IMG/VR virus record: IMGVR_UViG_3300022654_000689
Direction: 5' to 3' (one strand)
Length of the DNA: 64,000 nt
Source of the DNA: a virus
Taxonomy: Duplodnaviria; Caudoviricetes
The notes below the pieces were generated by a model. That model was not told the origin of the DNA. It did not search any database and saw only the letters and a program-made list of their open reading frames with translations. Positions 1 to 9,971 of the stretch are shown in pieces. The translations under genes were made by a program, and so were the position numbers. Positions within the stretch are counted from its first letter, which is position 1. Every line of letters begins with the position of its first letter.

Positions 1-824
1 ATCCCATACATATTAGTTACATTACTAGTATCAAAATTACTTACATCTAATTGAGTTAATTTATTACAATTTTCGAACATACTTAGCATATTAGTTACAT
101 TACTAGTATTAAAATTACTTACGTCTAATGAAGTTAAATTATTACAATTATTGAACATACTAGTCATAGTAGTTACTTTACTAGTATTTAAATACATAAC
201 TTCTAACAAACTATTAGAAAAATTATTTGCAGAACCACTTTCATTACCGAATCTCATTAATGTAGGTAATTCAGTACTATATATAGTTCTAGTAACCATC
301 GAATTTAGAGCTCGTAATTCTGTTATATTCTCTCGTATATTTCCCCCCCAAATTCTAAAGTATTTTGCATTATCAGGCACATCGATTTCATTTACAAGAC
401 TTCTATCCATTTGTGATATAAAAATTTTATTTTCGTCATACCAGTCAATTAACAACTGTCCACTATTAGGTGTTACTCTAATAATAGTATTTGGAATAAC
501 TTCTATATAATTGCCATTTCGATATATAGTGCTATCGGAAAATTCTGTATTTTCACCTGTATTGCCGTCTATACCACCGAGTTCCCAATTGAAATCACTT
601 ATAATTATTTCATATACTGCATTTTCATCTTCATAAGTATAATCCGTAAACTCAGCATTAAACTCAGGTATTAAATCATATAAAGTATTATTGAATTTAT
701 ATTCTGCTATTTTGTATTTGTCGCTTACCGTAATTTCTACTTCAACATCATTAGGTGATATATTTACATTATCTTCATGTTCAAATGTAAATGATATATA
801 AGCTATATCATTATTCGTTGCCAT
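1..824 (-). CDS. BspA/DUF285-type leucine-rich-repeat protein (runs off the window edge; not in ORF track)
   Basis: RBS GAGGTG then ATG at 824 (or 827). Manual translation MATNNDIAYISFTFEH...YKFNNTLYDLIPEFNAEF...SMFNNCNNLTSLDVSNFNTSNVTNM stays open to position 1. Paralogous to the two upstream LRR genes. Confidence 0.85.
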   Translation of the reverse strand, partial: MATNNDIAYISFTFEHEDNVNISPNDVEVEITVSDKYKIAEYKFNNTLYDLIPEFNAEFTDYTYEDENAVYEIIISDFNWELGGIDGNTGENTEFSDSTIYRNGNYIEVIPNTIIRVTPNSGQLLIDWYDENKIFISQMDRSLVNEIDVPDNAKYFRIWGGNIRENITELRALNSMVTRTIYSTELPTLMRFGNESGSANNFSNSLLEVMYLNTSKVTTMTSMFNNCNNLTSLDVSNFNTSNVTNMLSMFENCNKLTQLDVSNFDTSNVTNMYG

Positions 825-3306
825 CATTCATCACCTCATCTATTAATTTTTGTATATCTATTCCAAACATACGTTTTTTCTCTTCAGATATATCAATTAT
901 TTTTACTAATTCTTTATTAGCGTTGTATAAATAGCATTTCAATACATAAACGTTTTCTGTTAATACATTTACAGTGATTTGTTTTTTACCTGATATATCA
1001 ATATATTTAGTTTTTACAACATTTGGAACTTCATCTTCAAAAGCACCAGTACTATCATTTATATCACCTTGTATTAATTCGTTATTATCAGGTTCTTCTG
1101 GCTCTATTGATACTCCAACAATATTCCAGAATTTAGATTGTGCTGTTGTTACATCTACTTGACTAGAATCATCTACTCCTTCAATATTTAAGGTACCTGG
1201 ATCCTCACTAGTTCTAGTAGGAAGATCAGAGATCACTTTATTTACTGATGTATAGTTTGTATTTTTCATTTCAATATTTTTTAAACTACTTGTACCCAAT
1301 GAGAATGATGCACTTACAGTTGCATTACTAAGATCACAACTATTCATTGTTATAGTTTCTAAACTATAACAATCCTGGAATAGATAAGATATGTTTATCG
1401 ATGAATTAATAAATCCATCTAAATTTACAGATGTTAAATTGCTACATCTTCTAAACGCAGACATCATCATGTTTATATTATGATTAGTTAATAAACTAAA
1501 ATCTATAGTTTCTAATTTAGGACAATCAGAGAATAAACAATACATACGTGTTAGTGAACTATTACTAATATCCCATTCATCAATACCATTTACATATTTT
1601 AAATTAGTACAGCCAAGAAATGAACTATCTAAACTAGTAACTGCTGAAGTCACATTTAAATATTCAATGCCTAGTAAATTCGTTTTGTTTTTAAAGCTAA
1701 AAGTACTGAAATCTTCTTCTGAAATTATTTCTACAGTATATATACCGTTATTTTCCGTTTCTGTTAATTCATATGCATATCCACTATTAAATGTTGGGAC
1801 TACTCCTGCGGCATTTGCTGTATATCTAGCTACTAAATTGTTAATTTCAGTTTCTTCAACAACATTCCAGAATTTAGATTGTGCTGTTGTTATATCTACT
1901 TGACTAAAATCATCTACCCCTTCAATATTTAAAGTACCTGGAGAATCGCTTGTTCTAGTTGGTATTTTTTCTATAATTTTATTAACTGAATTATAATCTG
2001 AATTATTCATTATTATAGAAGTTAAATTCGTACAATTTAAGAACATACCAGAGGTATCAGTTACTTTATTCATATTAAACGTGCCTAAATTTATTGTAGC
2101 AAGATTTTTACAACCATAGAACATATAACTCATAGTAGTTACGTTACTAGTATTCCAATTAGATAAGTCTAATTCTGTTATACCAGTCATCCAATAAAAC
2201 ATTTCTCTCATGTTAGTTATGTTATCAACATTCCAATTTTTTATGTCTAGTGTAGTTAGGCTAGTACAATTACTGAACGTATTTTGCATACTAACTATGT
2301 TTGTAGTATTCCAGTTATTTATATTATTTATATTAGTTAAATTTAAACAGTCATTGAACATATATCTTAAAGATGTTAAATTACTTATATCGATATACTC
2401 AACATAAGTTAATTTGTAAGAATTAGTTCCCATGTCCATTGAAGTTGGTAAACTGTTACTATATATGGTTCTAGTTGTTATGTTTCCTTCTACTATATCC
2501 TCATATGTATAAGTAAAACCAGTATTGAACGCAGGTATTACATCTAAAGTATTGTCGAATTTATATTTTACTACCTTAATATCATAAACAACTGTTTCTT
2601 CATATTGGGCAGTAACGGTTAAATCCCTTGTTACATTACTAAAATCAGTGTCCCAACCTATGAATGTATATCCTTCTCTAGTAGGATTAGATGGTGCTGT
2701 CGCACTTTTGCCAATTTCAACAGTTTGAATTCCTAACACTGTTCCATTCCAGTCTTTAAATGTTACTGTAAAATATTGTGTCTCCGCATATTGAGCTGTT
2801 ACAGTTAAATTACTTGTTACATTACTAAAATCAATATCCCAACCTGTAAATACATACCCATCTCTAGTAGGGTTATCAGGTGCTGTTGCACTAGAACCTT
2901 CTTCTACTGTTTGAGTTTTTAATACTGTTCCGTCCCAATCTTTAAATGTTACTGTGTAAGTTGCTGGTTCTGTATAAGTCACAATATATGTCATATCAGT
3001 AAATTTTACATTAATAGTAGTATTTTTAGACGGCGCAGTTCTTGTTACTGTAACATCTGCAGAGCTAGTTATTGTAGTTCCTAAAGAAACACTAAAAGAA
3101 CCTGATGTAGTGGCTATAGACTCGTCATTTATTGTTACTCCAGTAATGCTTCCACCAGGAGTAATTGTACCAGTTAGCATACATGACGTAATTGTTGCGC
3201 CACTAGGTATAGATGGTGCTGTCCATTCAATAGTACCTGAACCTGATGTAAATTTATTTCTAAGCTGAATCGATAAATCGCTCGGTGTACTTGTTACTGT
3301 TGCCAT
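811..3306 (-). CDS. Virion/adhesin-like protein with 2 InlB-B (Listeria-Bacteroides) repeats and two BspA/DUF285 LRR blocks
   Basis: YTVTFKDWDGTVLKTQTVEEG...GYVFTGWD..FSNVT..LTVTAQY repeats; LDLSNWNTSNVTTMSYMFYGC LRRs; no signal peptide. Confidence 0.8.
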   Translation of the reverse strand: MATVTSTPSDLSIQLRNKFTSGSGTIEWTAPSIPSGATITSCMLTGTITPGGSITGVTINDESIATTSGSFSVSLGTTITSSADVTVTRTAPSKNTTINVKFTDMTYIVTYTEPATYTVTFKDWDGTVLKTQTVEEGSSATAPDNPTRDGYVFTGWDIDFSNVTSNLTVTAQYAETQYFTVTFKDWNGTVLGIQTVEIGKSATAPSNPTREGYTFIGWDTDFSNVTRDLTVTAQYEETVVYDIKVVKYKFDNTLDVIPAFNTGFTYTYEDIVEGNITTRTIYSNSLPTSMDMGTNSYKLTYVEYIDISNLTSLRYMFNDCLNLTNINNINNWNTTNIVSMQNTFSNCTSLTTLDIKNWNVDNITNMREMFYWMTGITELDLSNWNTSNVTTMSYMFYGCKNLATINLGTFNMNKVTDTSGMFLNCTNLTSIIMNNSDYNSVNKIIEKIPTRTSDSPGTLNIEGVDDFSQVDITTAQSKFWNVVEETEINNLVARYTANAAGVVPTFNSGYAYELTETENNGIYTVEIISEEDFSTFSFKNKTNLLGIEYLNVTSAVTSLDSSFLGCTNLKYVNGIDEWDISNSSLTRMYCLFSDCPKLETIDFSLLTNHNINMMMSAFRRCSNLTSVNLDGFINSSINISYLFQDCYSLETITMNSCDLSNATVSASFSLGTSSLKNIEMKNTNYTSVNKVISDLPTRTSEDPGTLNIEGVDDSSQVDVTTAQSKFWNIVGVSIEPEEPDNNELIQGDINDSTGAFEDEVPNVVKTKYIDISGKKQITVNVLTENVYVLKCYLYNANKELVKIIDISEEKKRMFGIDIQKLIDEVMNDGNE

Positions 3307-3308
3307 AA

Positions 3309-6269
3309 TTATTCACTCTCCCTTCCAAATTTAACTGGGCAACTTGATACATTAAATTTAATTCTATATTTATCATATATCAATTGTCCAACTGATTGTA
3401 TATCTGATAAATTTGATTTATTTTGAACTGTATTTCCGTACACTTCAGTTATATAAGAATCATGTATATAACATAAATTTTCACTTTCAACAACCATAGG
3501 ATAATTTGTATAAGTTTGATAATAATGATTATATTTTCCAAGATGTCCTATGTCGTCTCCATCTGAATCCTTTTGAATCACCCTTATATAGTTGAATACG
3601 AAATTTAAATTAGCAGCCGTTCCATCGTTACCAACTAATAATGTTGAATATTTTTTAAGTTTTATTATAGTTTTCAATATAGATGAAGAGTTTATAATAA
3701 AATCATCATTAAACGTAATACCATTATTGTTTAACTTTATTTTTATTTCTTTAGCTTCTGACATAGTTACATTACTTAAAAATAATGTTTCATCATTAAC
3801 AGAGTTCCAAATAGCAAAATTTAATTCAGTTTTTTCAGGATAGAAATTAATTTTGATTTGATCTGTTCTAGTTTCATCCATAATTGTTATAAGATTTAAA
3901 GGTCCACTACCTACATTATTTTCCCAACTCATTTTAGCTTCTAAATAGTCACCTCTAGCTAAATTAATAGACGCTGATATGAATAATTCTTCATTTAAAT
4001 GTCTTTCGGATATTAAATTATTTACAGTAATATCGCTTTTAAAGTAATCTTTATAAGGAAATCTAGCAGTCATATTAACTGGTTTTACTTCTTTTTCATT
4101 AGTATATATTTTCATATACGGATTATGTGTATTAAATGCTATTTTTTCAGTTATATCAGTTTCTATAATTTCTGGTGTTGATAAAACTAAAGATTCATTT
4201 ATTTCACCAATATAATCTTCTGGTATATCAATCCATTTTTCTATACAATATTTTTGCTTAGAATTGTCCCAATATAATTTATCTTTAATATTATTTATAG
4301 ACTTTAATTGTTGAGGTATTCTAACTTTTTGTGTTTCAAATGTGTAATTTCTGAATAAAGTATATTCATTAGAAGCACAATCTTCAGCAGATGTGTCCAA
4401 TACCCATATAGTTCTTTGTAAACCTTCTGCATTTGGAAATGCTAGTTGCAACATTTCACATGTTTTTTTATTTGAATAAAGTAAACCTATGTGTTTTAAA
4501 TTTTCACAGTTATAAAACATATTACTCATATCGGTTACATTACTAGTATCAAAATTACTTACGTCTAATGTAGTTAATGATTGACAATTATGGAACATAT
4601 AACTCATATCGGTTACATTACTAGTATCAAAATTACTTACGTCTAATGTAGTTAATGATTGACAATCTTTGAACATACTTTCCATATCAGTTACGTTACT
4701 AGTATTCCAATTACTTACATCTAATGAAGTTAAATTATTACAACCATAGAACATACTTTCCATATCAGTTACTTTACCAGTATTCCAATTACTTACATCT
4801 AATGAAGTTAAATTAGTACAATCAGAGAACATAGCATACATATTGGTTACATTACTAGTATTCCAATTACTTACATCTAATGTTGTTAAATTATTACAAC
4901 CATAGAACATATATTCCATATCAGTTACGTTACTAGTATCCCAATTACTTACATCTAATATAGTTAAATTATTACAACCGCTCATCATTCCATACATATT
5001 AGTGCATTTGTCAGTTATAATAAATGGTGTTATATAATTAATATTACAACATCCATGGAACATTAATTCACATGTTGTTATATTAGTTGCATCTAAATAT
5101 ATTAATTCAATTATTGCCCTGAATTTTGCTTTAGATGCTTCACCTCCACTACCACTACTATCAGGATTACCAAATCTAACCATTGTAGGTAAACTATTAC
5201 TATATATAGTTCTAGTAGTTACTTCTCCGTCCACTATATCTTCATAAGCATAACCTGTAAACTCAGCATTAAATTCTGGTATTAAATCATATAAAGTATT
5301 ATTGAATTTATATTTGACTATAATTTCTTCATACTGAGCTGTTACTAGTAAGTCACTAGTTACATTAGTAAAATCAACATCCCATCCTATGAATATATAA
5401 CCGTTTCTAGTAGGATTAGAAGGAGCAGTTGCAGATTGTCCCTCTTCAACTTGTTCAGTTTTTAACACCGTTCCGTCCCAATCTTTAAATGTTACTATGT
5501 AATGAATTATTTCTTCATACTGAGCTGTTACTAGTAAGTCACTAGTTACATTAGTAAAATCAACATCCCATCCTATGAATATATAACCGTCTCTAGTAGG
5601 ATTATCAGGTGCTGATGCTGGTTGTCCTTCTTCTACAGTTTGAGTTTTTAATACTGTTTCGTCCCAATCTTTAAATGTTACTGTATAATAAATTATTTCT
5701 TCATACTGAGCAGTAACAGTTAAATTGTTAGTTACATTAGTAAAATCAACATCCCATCCTATGAATGTATAACCGTCTCTAGTAGGATTAGAAGGAGCAG
5801 TTGCAGATTGTCCCTCTTCAACTTGTTCAGTTTTTAACACCGTTCCATCCCAATCTTTAAATGTTACTGTATAAGTTGTTGGTTCGGATGAACTATCATC
5901 TATATATAAGTATGCCCCTTCGATAAAACCCTCTATAACATAGTTACTAGTAGAACGTATATAAATCGTTGGGTGAGCAGTGTCGACAATAGTAACGGTA
6001 ATTTCTTTATTATAACTAGTAACAACATCAGGGTTTGAATCTATTTCCATATAAATACCTGAAGGTATAGATGCTACTCCTAATTTTATAGTTTTTCCTG
6101 CAATCATGTCTAGTGTACCAAAACTACTATGTATAGAATAGTCAGCTGTTTCAAAGCATACTTCTACACTATAGTCTTGTTTATCAACAAAATATACCTC
6201 ATTCTCTTCTTCAAAAATCCAATAGCCACTATTAAATTTAGGAAATAAGTTTTCACCAGTTGTTGCCAT
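3309..6269 (-). CDS. Virion/adhesin-like protein with 3 InlB-B repeats and a BspA/DUF285 LRR array
   Basis: Three YxVTFKDWD repeats; about seven 26-aa LDVSNW(N/D)TSNVTDMxxMFxxC repeats; C-terminal module homologous to ORF 6270-6548. Confidence 0.8.
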   Translation of the reverse strand: MATTGENLFPKFNSGYWIFEEENEVYFVDKQDYSVEVCFETADYSIHSSFGTLDMIAGKTIKLGVASIPSGIYMEIDSNPDVVTSYNKEITVTIVDTAHPTIYIRSTSNYVIEGFIEGAYLYIDDSSSEPTTYTVTFKDWDGTVLKTEQVEEGQSATAPSNPTRDGYTFIGWDVDFTNVTNNLTVTAQYEEIIYYTVTFKDWDETVLKTQTVEEGQPASAPDNPTRDGYIFIGWDVDFTNVTSDLLVTAQYEEIIHYIVTFKDWDGTVLKTEQVEEGQSATAPSNPTRNGYIFIGWDVDFTNVTSDLLVTAQYEEIIVKYKFNNTLYDLIPEFNAEFTGYAYEDIVDGEVTTRTIYSNSLPTMVRFGNPDSSGSGGEASKAKFRAIIELIYLDATNITTCELMFHGCCNINYITPFIITDKCTNMYGMMSGCNNLTILDVSNWDTSNVTDMEYMFYGCNNLTTLDVSNWNTSNVTNMYAMFSDCTNLTSLDVSNWNTGKVTDMESMFYGCNNLTSLDVSNWNTSNVTDMESMFKDCQSLTTLDVSNFDTSNVTDMSYMFHNCQSLTTLDVSNFDTSNVTDMSNMFYNCENLKHIGLLYSNKKTCEMLQLAFPNAEGLQRTIWVLDTSAEDCASNEYTLFRNYTFETQKVRIPQQLKSINNIKDKLYWDNSKQKYCIEKWIDIPEDYIGEINESLVLSTPEIIETDITEKIAFNTHNPYMKIYTNEKEVKPVNMTARFPYKDYFKSDITVNNLISERHLNEELFISASINLARGDYLEAKMSWENNVGSGPLNLITIMDETRTDQIKINFYPEKTELNFAIWNSVNDETLFLSNVTMSEAKEIKIKLNNNGITFNDDFIINSSSILKTIIKLKKYSTLLVGNDGTAANLNFVFNYIRVIQKDSDGDDIGHLGKYNHYYQTYTNYPMVVESENLCYIHDSYITEVYGNTVQNKSNLSDIQSVGQLIYDKYRIKFNVSSCPVKFGRESE

Positions 6270-6548
6270 CTATATTCTACCCCCCTTCCCAAATTCATAT
6301 GGACATGCTGACTGTATTATTTCTATTTCATATACTTCATCTAAAGCTTTCTCCCCTACAGAAGATATATCTAATAAATCATTTTCATTTTGTACAGTAT
6401 TTCCTTCTATTTCTTCTATATAGGTTTTTTCTTCTTCATCTAATAATTCTGAAACTATTTCTATCGGATAATTAGTTTTAGTAATAGTAAATTTATTTAT
6501 TACTGGTAATTTTTCTCCTTTTTCATTAAATAATAATTTTTTACTCAT
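6270..6548 (-). CDS. Small fibre-associated module protein
   Basis: RBS GGAGG before ATG 6548. TNYP..V.SE...YIxE.xGNTVQN...L.DI.SVG...CP..FG matches the C-terminus of the 986-aa ORF. Confidence 0.7.
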   Translation of the reverse strand: MSKKLLFNEKGEKLPVINKFTITKTNYPIEIVSELLDEEEKTYIEEIEGNTVQNENDLLDISSVGEKALDEVYEIEIIQSACPYEFGKGGRI

Positions 6549-6560
6549 TCGCAATCCCTC

Positions 6561-8324
6561 CTAATTACCATACTCAATGTAACCTATAAGCCATTCCCCT
6601 ATATAAGTAAAAATAAACTCATAAGTTCTATTAGCATTTATTTCGGGTTGTTTTTGATACTTACCAGGTGGGAATATTAAAGTTAAATCAGCCAATGTTG
6701 AAAAATATAAGTGTATTTCAGTAAAATCTGTTACTGTTGGTAAAACTATTTCAGTTCCATCTGTTATTTCAACTTTTTGATATTTATCAGTAGTCAAATT
6801 AATTACTGAATCATTTACATTAATTATATTTAATGTAGGATTAACTATATTATCTACATATAATTTAGTTGTTAAATCATTATCATTAGTAGGCGTTCCA
6901 TCTACACTTACATTGCCTTGGAACCATGCATTACCATCCCAATCTAATGTATGAGCATTTTTACGATTAGCTTCGCTAGTCCCATTACCAACTATATGAG
7001 CATATGTATTTGCTGCATCTTCAATGTTATATTTACCTTGCACATGTTGATAACTGCTACTTGCTTTTGTATAATATCCTTCTGCGTGTGATGCGTATTG
7101 ACCATTCGCTTCTGTTTTATAGCCTTCTGCATGACCATAATACGTACCTCTTGCAGTTTTAGTATTTGCTCCTTCAGTATGACCTCTTTCCCCATTGGCT
7201 TCTGTTTCATAGCCTTCTGCATGAGATGCTCCACCTATTGCAATTGATCTAATACCTTCGGAATGAGATCCATTACCTAATGCGCTAGTACGGTTTCCTT
7301 CAGCATGAGCTGCATGTCCTAAAGCTTTTGTACCAACACCTTCGGCATGTGCCCCTGTTTCTACAGCCATAGTTTCTGTTCCTTCTGAATGAGAAAAATC
7401 TCCAGTTGCTTTATTATTTTCGTAATCATTAAATATTTCTGAACCTTCTCCGGCTGTTCTTTCAATATTATCGACTTGCTCAGGATAACCATCTGAACCT
7501 GTTTGGGCTATAGACACTACACAAGTCTCGCCTTCAAATTTTTTACCAGTTATATAATCAACAAATTGAGAAGGTAATTCTTTTAATTCTCCTTCCAATA
7601 AAAATGTCATATTGTAATTTTTGACATAGAATTCATAACCATCAACTTGTACTTTAAAAAACCAGATTCCTGGTGTCAGAGTATATTCTTCATCATAATT
7701 AAATAATGTTACAGTAGATTCACTATAAACAAAGATTATATAGTCGTTAAAATTGATATAGGAATCATTCTTATCTACATTTGGATTTTGTATTTGTCTA
7801 GTGGATTCACCTCCGTCAGTATCAAACCCGGTTACTTCAAGGCTAAATAATTCACCATTTACAACTGGCGCTGTGTCAGATACTTTAACAAAATATTCTG
7901 CTGGACTAAGTTCTACAACAGTTTTATCTGTCAAATTTCCATCAAAAACAACTGGAGAAGTTATAGTCTCAAAAACTCTATTATCATAACAAGGTAAATC
8001 TTCTAAATCTACTTTATTATTCCAATACTCCTTTTCCTCTTCAGTTACTTGTATAAATTCTTCATTAGTATCATTTATTTCTAAATACAATGTATTTTCA
8101 TCACGATTTTCTATTTTTTCTAATTCTTCTGTAGTTCCTACCCATAACGAATAACCATTAAGAGTTACTGCATTCACATCGACAAATTTATTGTCTACAT
8201 AATTTATTGTAGCAAAATTTTCTATTATACTGTCTAATGATTCACCATTATTATATACACAATCAATTCTAGTGACAGGAACTATGTTATTCCCATTTTC
8301 TTTAAGTATTTTTTTAATTGCCAT
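6561..8324 (-). CDS. Tail/head fibre protein with YadA-head-like (S/A)HAEG repeats
   Basis: About nine 14-aa xHxEGxxTxAxG repeats, followed by AHIVGNG...RKNAHTLDWDGNAWF. N-terminal KKILKENG..I.P.TR.DCVY module. Confidence 0.75.
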   Translation of the reverse strand: MAIKKILKENGNNIVPVTRIDCVYNNGESLDSIIENFATINYVDNKFVDVNAVTLNGYSLWVGTTEELEKIENRDENTLYLEINDTNEEFIQVTEEEKEYWNNKVDLEDLPCYDNRVFETITSPVVFDGNLTDKTVVELSPAEYFVKVSDTAPVVNGELFSLEVTGFDTDGGESTRQIQNPNVDKNDSYINFNDYIIFVYSESTVTLFNYDEEYTLTPGIWFFKVQVDGYEFYVKNYNMTFLLEGELKELPSQFVDYITGKKFEGETCVVSIAQTGSDGYPEQVDNIERTAGEGSEIFNDYENNKATGDFSHSEGTETMAVETGAHAEGVGTKALGHAAHAEGNRTSALGNGSHSEGIRSIAIGGASHAEGYETEANGERGHTEGANTKTARGTYYGHAEGYKTEANGQYASHAEGYYTKASSSYQHVQGKYNIEDAANTYAHIVGNGTSEANRKNAHTLDWDGNAWFQGNVSVDGTPTNDNDLTTKLYVDNIVNPTLNIINVNDSVINLTTDKYQKVEITDGTEIVLPTVTDFTEIHLYFSTLADLTLIFPPGKYQKQPEINANRTYEFIFTYIGEWLIGYIEYGN

Positions 8325-8357
8325 TGTTTTACCCCTTTCTTATCATAATATACAATA

Positions 8358-8369
8358 TAATTAACTGTT
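8358..8369 (-). promoter_or_regulatory. Late promoter AACA-N6-TA
   Basis: AACAgttaatTA upstream of 8324. Confidence 0.7.
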
Positions 8370-8391
8370 TTCTTAAAAAAATAGAGGATGA

Positions 8392-9231
8392 CTAATCATA
8401 GTCATCCTCTTTTAAAATTTTTCCCATAATATATGCAAATACAGGAGTTTTATAAAGTTTTAAATCTTTATTCATTTTATAAAATTGGTCTATAATATTT
8501 TCGTCTCTATTAATTTTAAGTACTCCGTTTAAATCTTTAGAATACCCTACTATATATTGAAGCAAAAATAACCAATTTCGTATTTCTATAAAATTAATTG
8601 TACCTGGGTGTTGTCTAAATTCTATTGTATTAACATGTCTTCTGTAAGATCTTGCATTAACAACTTTGTGTCTAGTTTTCATAAAGAAACCTATCTGTTC
8701 TTTACTTTTAGCATATCTAACTTTTTCAAGTTGTTCTAATTCAATTTCTTTACAGAATTTACAATTTCTAGCATATCTCTCTTCAGAAAATAAATTATCG
8801 ATTACATATTGATTGTTATAATAAAATACTAGTATATTTTTTATATCAGTATAGTCTAAAAATTCGCTGTCTATATGTACATGCAATCCACAAGTTGAAT
8901 CTACTTTAGCTCCGACTTTATTTAGAACCATACAAACCTTGCGTAATTCTTCTAATCCATCTTCGCCAGTTAAGGGTGGTGATACTACTTCTATTCCTTT
9001 TATTACTGTGTTTCCGTATAAATCTAATATAGGTTCTGTTCCTTCGTTAGTTACAGATCCATCATAAGTAATTTTCCATATTCCTTCTAAATCTATATGG
9101 TTATATGTTTGTATTTCTGCGTTTATTCCTAATTTTGTTAATTCATCTTTAATAATTTGTCTAGTACAACCGAAGCATTCTATTTCTATTCCAAATTTGA
9201 ATCTTAGATCTCGAATATCACCCTTATACAC
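8392..9231 (-). CDS. Putative amidoligase (COOH-NH2 ligase superfamily, Amidoligase_2-like)
   Basis: FGIEIE, WKITYDGSV, IEVVSPPL, STCGLHVHID and TIEFRQHPGT motifs. Start GTG 9231 after AGGTGA (ORF track gives 9240). Confidence 0.85.
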   Translation of the reverse strand: MYKGDIRDLRFKFGIEIECFGCTRQIIKDELTKLGINAEIQTYNHIDLEGIWKITYDGSVTNEGTEPILDLYGNTVIKGIEVVSPPLTGEDGLEELRKVCMVLNKVGAKVDSTCGLHVHIDSEFLDYTDIKNILVFYYNNQYVIDNLFSEERYARNCKFCKEIELEQLEKVRYAKSKEQIGFFMKTRHKVVNARSYRRHVNTIEFRQHPGTINFIEIRNWLFLLQYIVGYSKDLNGVLKINRDENIIDQFYKMNKDLKLYKTPVFAYIMGKILKEDDYD

Positions 9232-9240
9232 ATAAATCAC

Positions 9241-9912
9241 CTACTTATCTTCAATTGTAGACATGATTATCGCTAATGCTAGTTTACCGGCATCGCCATG
9301 TTCATAGCCTGCTTCTTCAAGCATTTTAATTACATGGACTGCTGAATTAGCTTTATCTTCGTTTTTTAAAAAGAAGTCGGATTTTTCTAAAAAACGTTGG
9401 TGCTTTTTTCCAATATCACATTTTCTTTCTTTGTCACATTTACATTCATGAGGTACTTCTACTTCAACTATTTTTTCTACTACTTTTTCTACAACAATTG
9501 GTACTTCTTTTGTTATTTCAATAAATTTTTCTACTGGTACTTCTTTCTCAACAACCTTTTCAACTATTTTTTCTACTTCAACTGGTTCTTTAATTATCAC
9601 TGGTTTTTTATTTAATGCTTTTTTAAGTTCTTTACTAAGTTCTTTTATTTGTTTTTTAAGTTCTTTAATTTGGTCTTTAAGCTCAATTATTTGATCTACA
9701 TGATCACATTCTTCTACTATTTCTTCAAATTCTTCTTCTTGATTTTCTTCATATAAATGTTCTAGAAGATTAGTTAATTCATTTATTGACATTTTATTCA
9801 AATTATCTATCATTAATGGGAATATTACTTCACCCATTTCTTTCTCGATTAACAATATTAAATATTGTTTTTCTTTAAGAAGATCTTCTTTTTTTATTTT
9901 TTTATCAATCAT
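9241..9912 (-). CDS. Coiled-coil protein with VEKIVEVP (alveolin/articulin-like) repeats
   Basis: EPVEVEKIVEKVVEKEVPVEKFIEITKEVPIVVEKVVEKIVEVEVP; RBS GGGGTG; late promoter motif upstream. Confidence 0.65.
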   Translation of the reverse strand: MIDKKIKKEDLLKEKQYLILLIEKEMGEVIFPLMIDNLNKMSINELTNLLEHLYEENQEEEFEEIVEECDHVDQIIELKDQIKELKKQIKELSKELKKALNKKPVIIKEPVEVEKIVEKVVEKEVPVEKFIEITKEVPIVVEKVVEKIVEVEVPHECKCDKERKCDIGKKHQRFLEKSDFFLKNEDKANSAVHVIKMLEEAGYEHGDAGKLALAIIMSTIEDK

Positions 9913-9938
9913 TATTTCTCACCCCGTAATATTTATAT

Positions 9939-9950
9939 TAATATTCTGTT
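9939..9950 (-). promoter_or_regulatory. Late promoter AACA-N6-TA
   Basis: AACAgaatatTA upstream of 9912. Confidence 0.7.
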
Positions 9951-9971
9951 ATTAAAAAATATAAAATAGAA

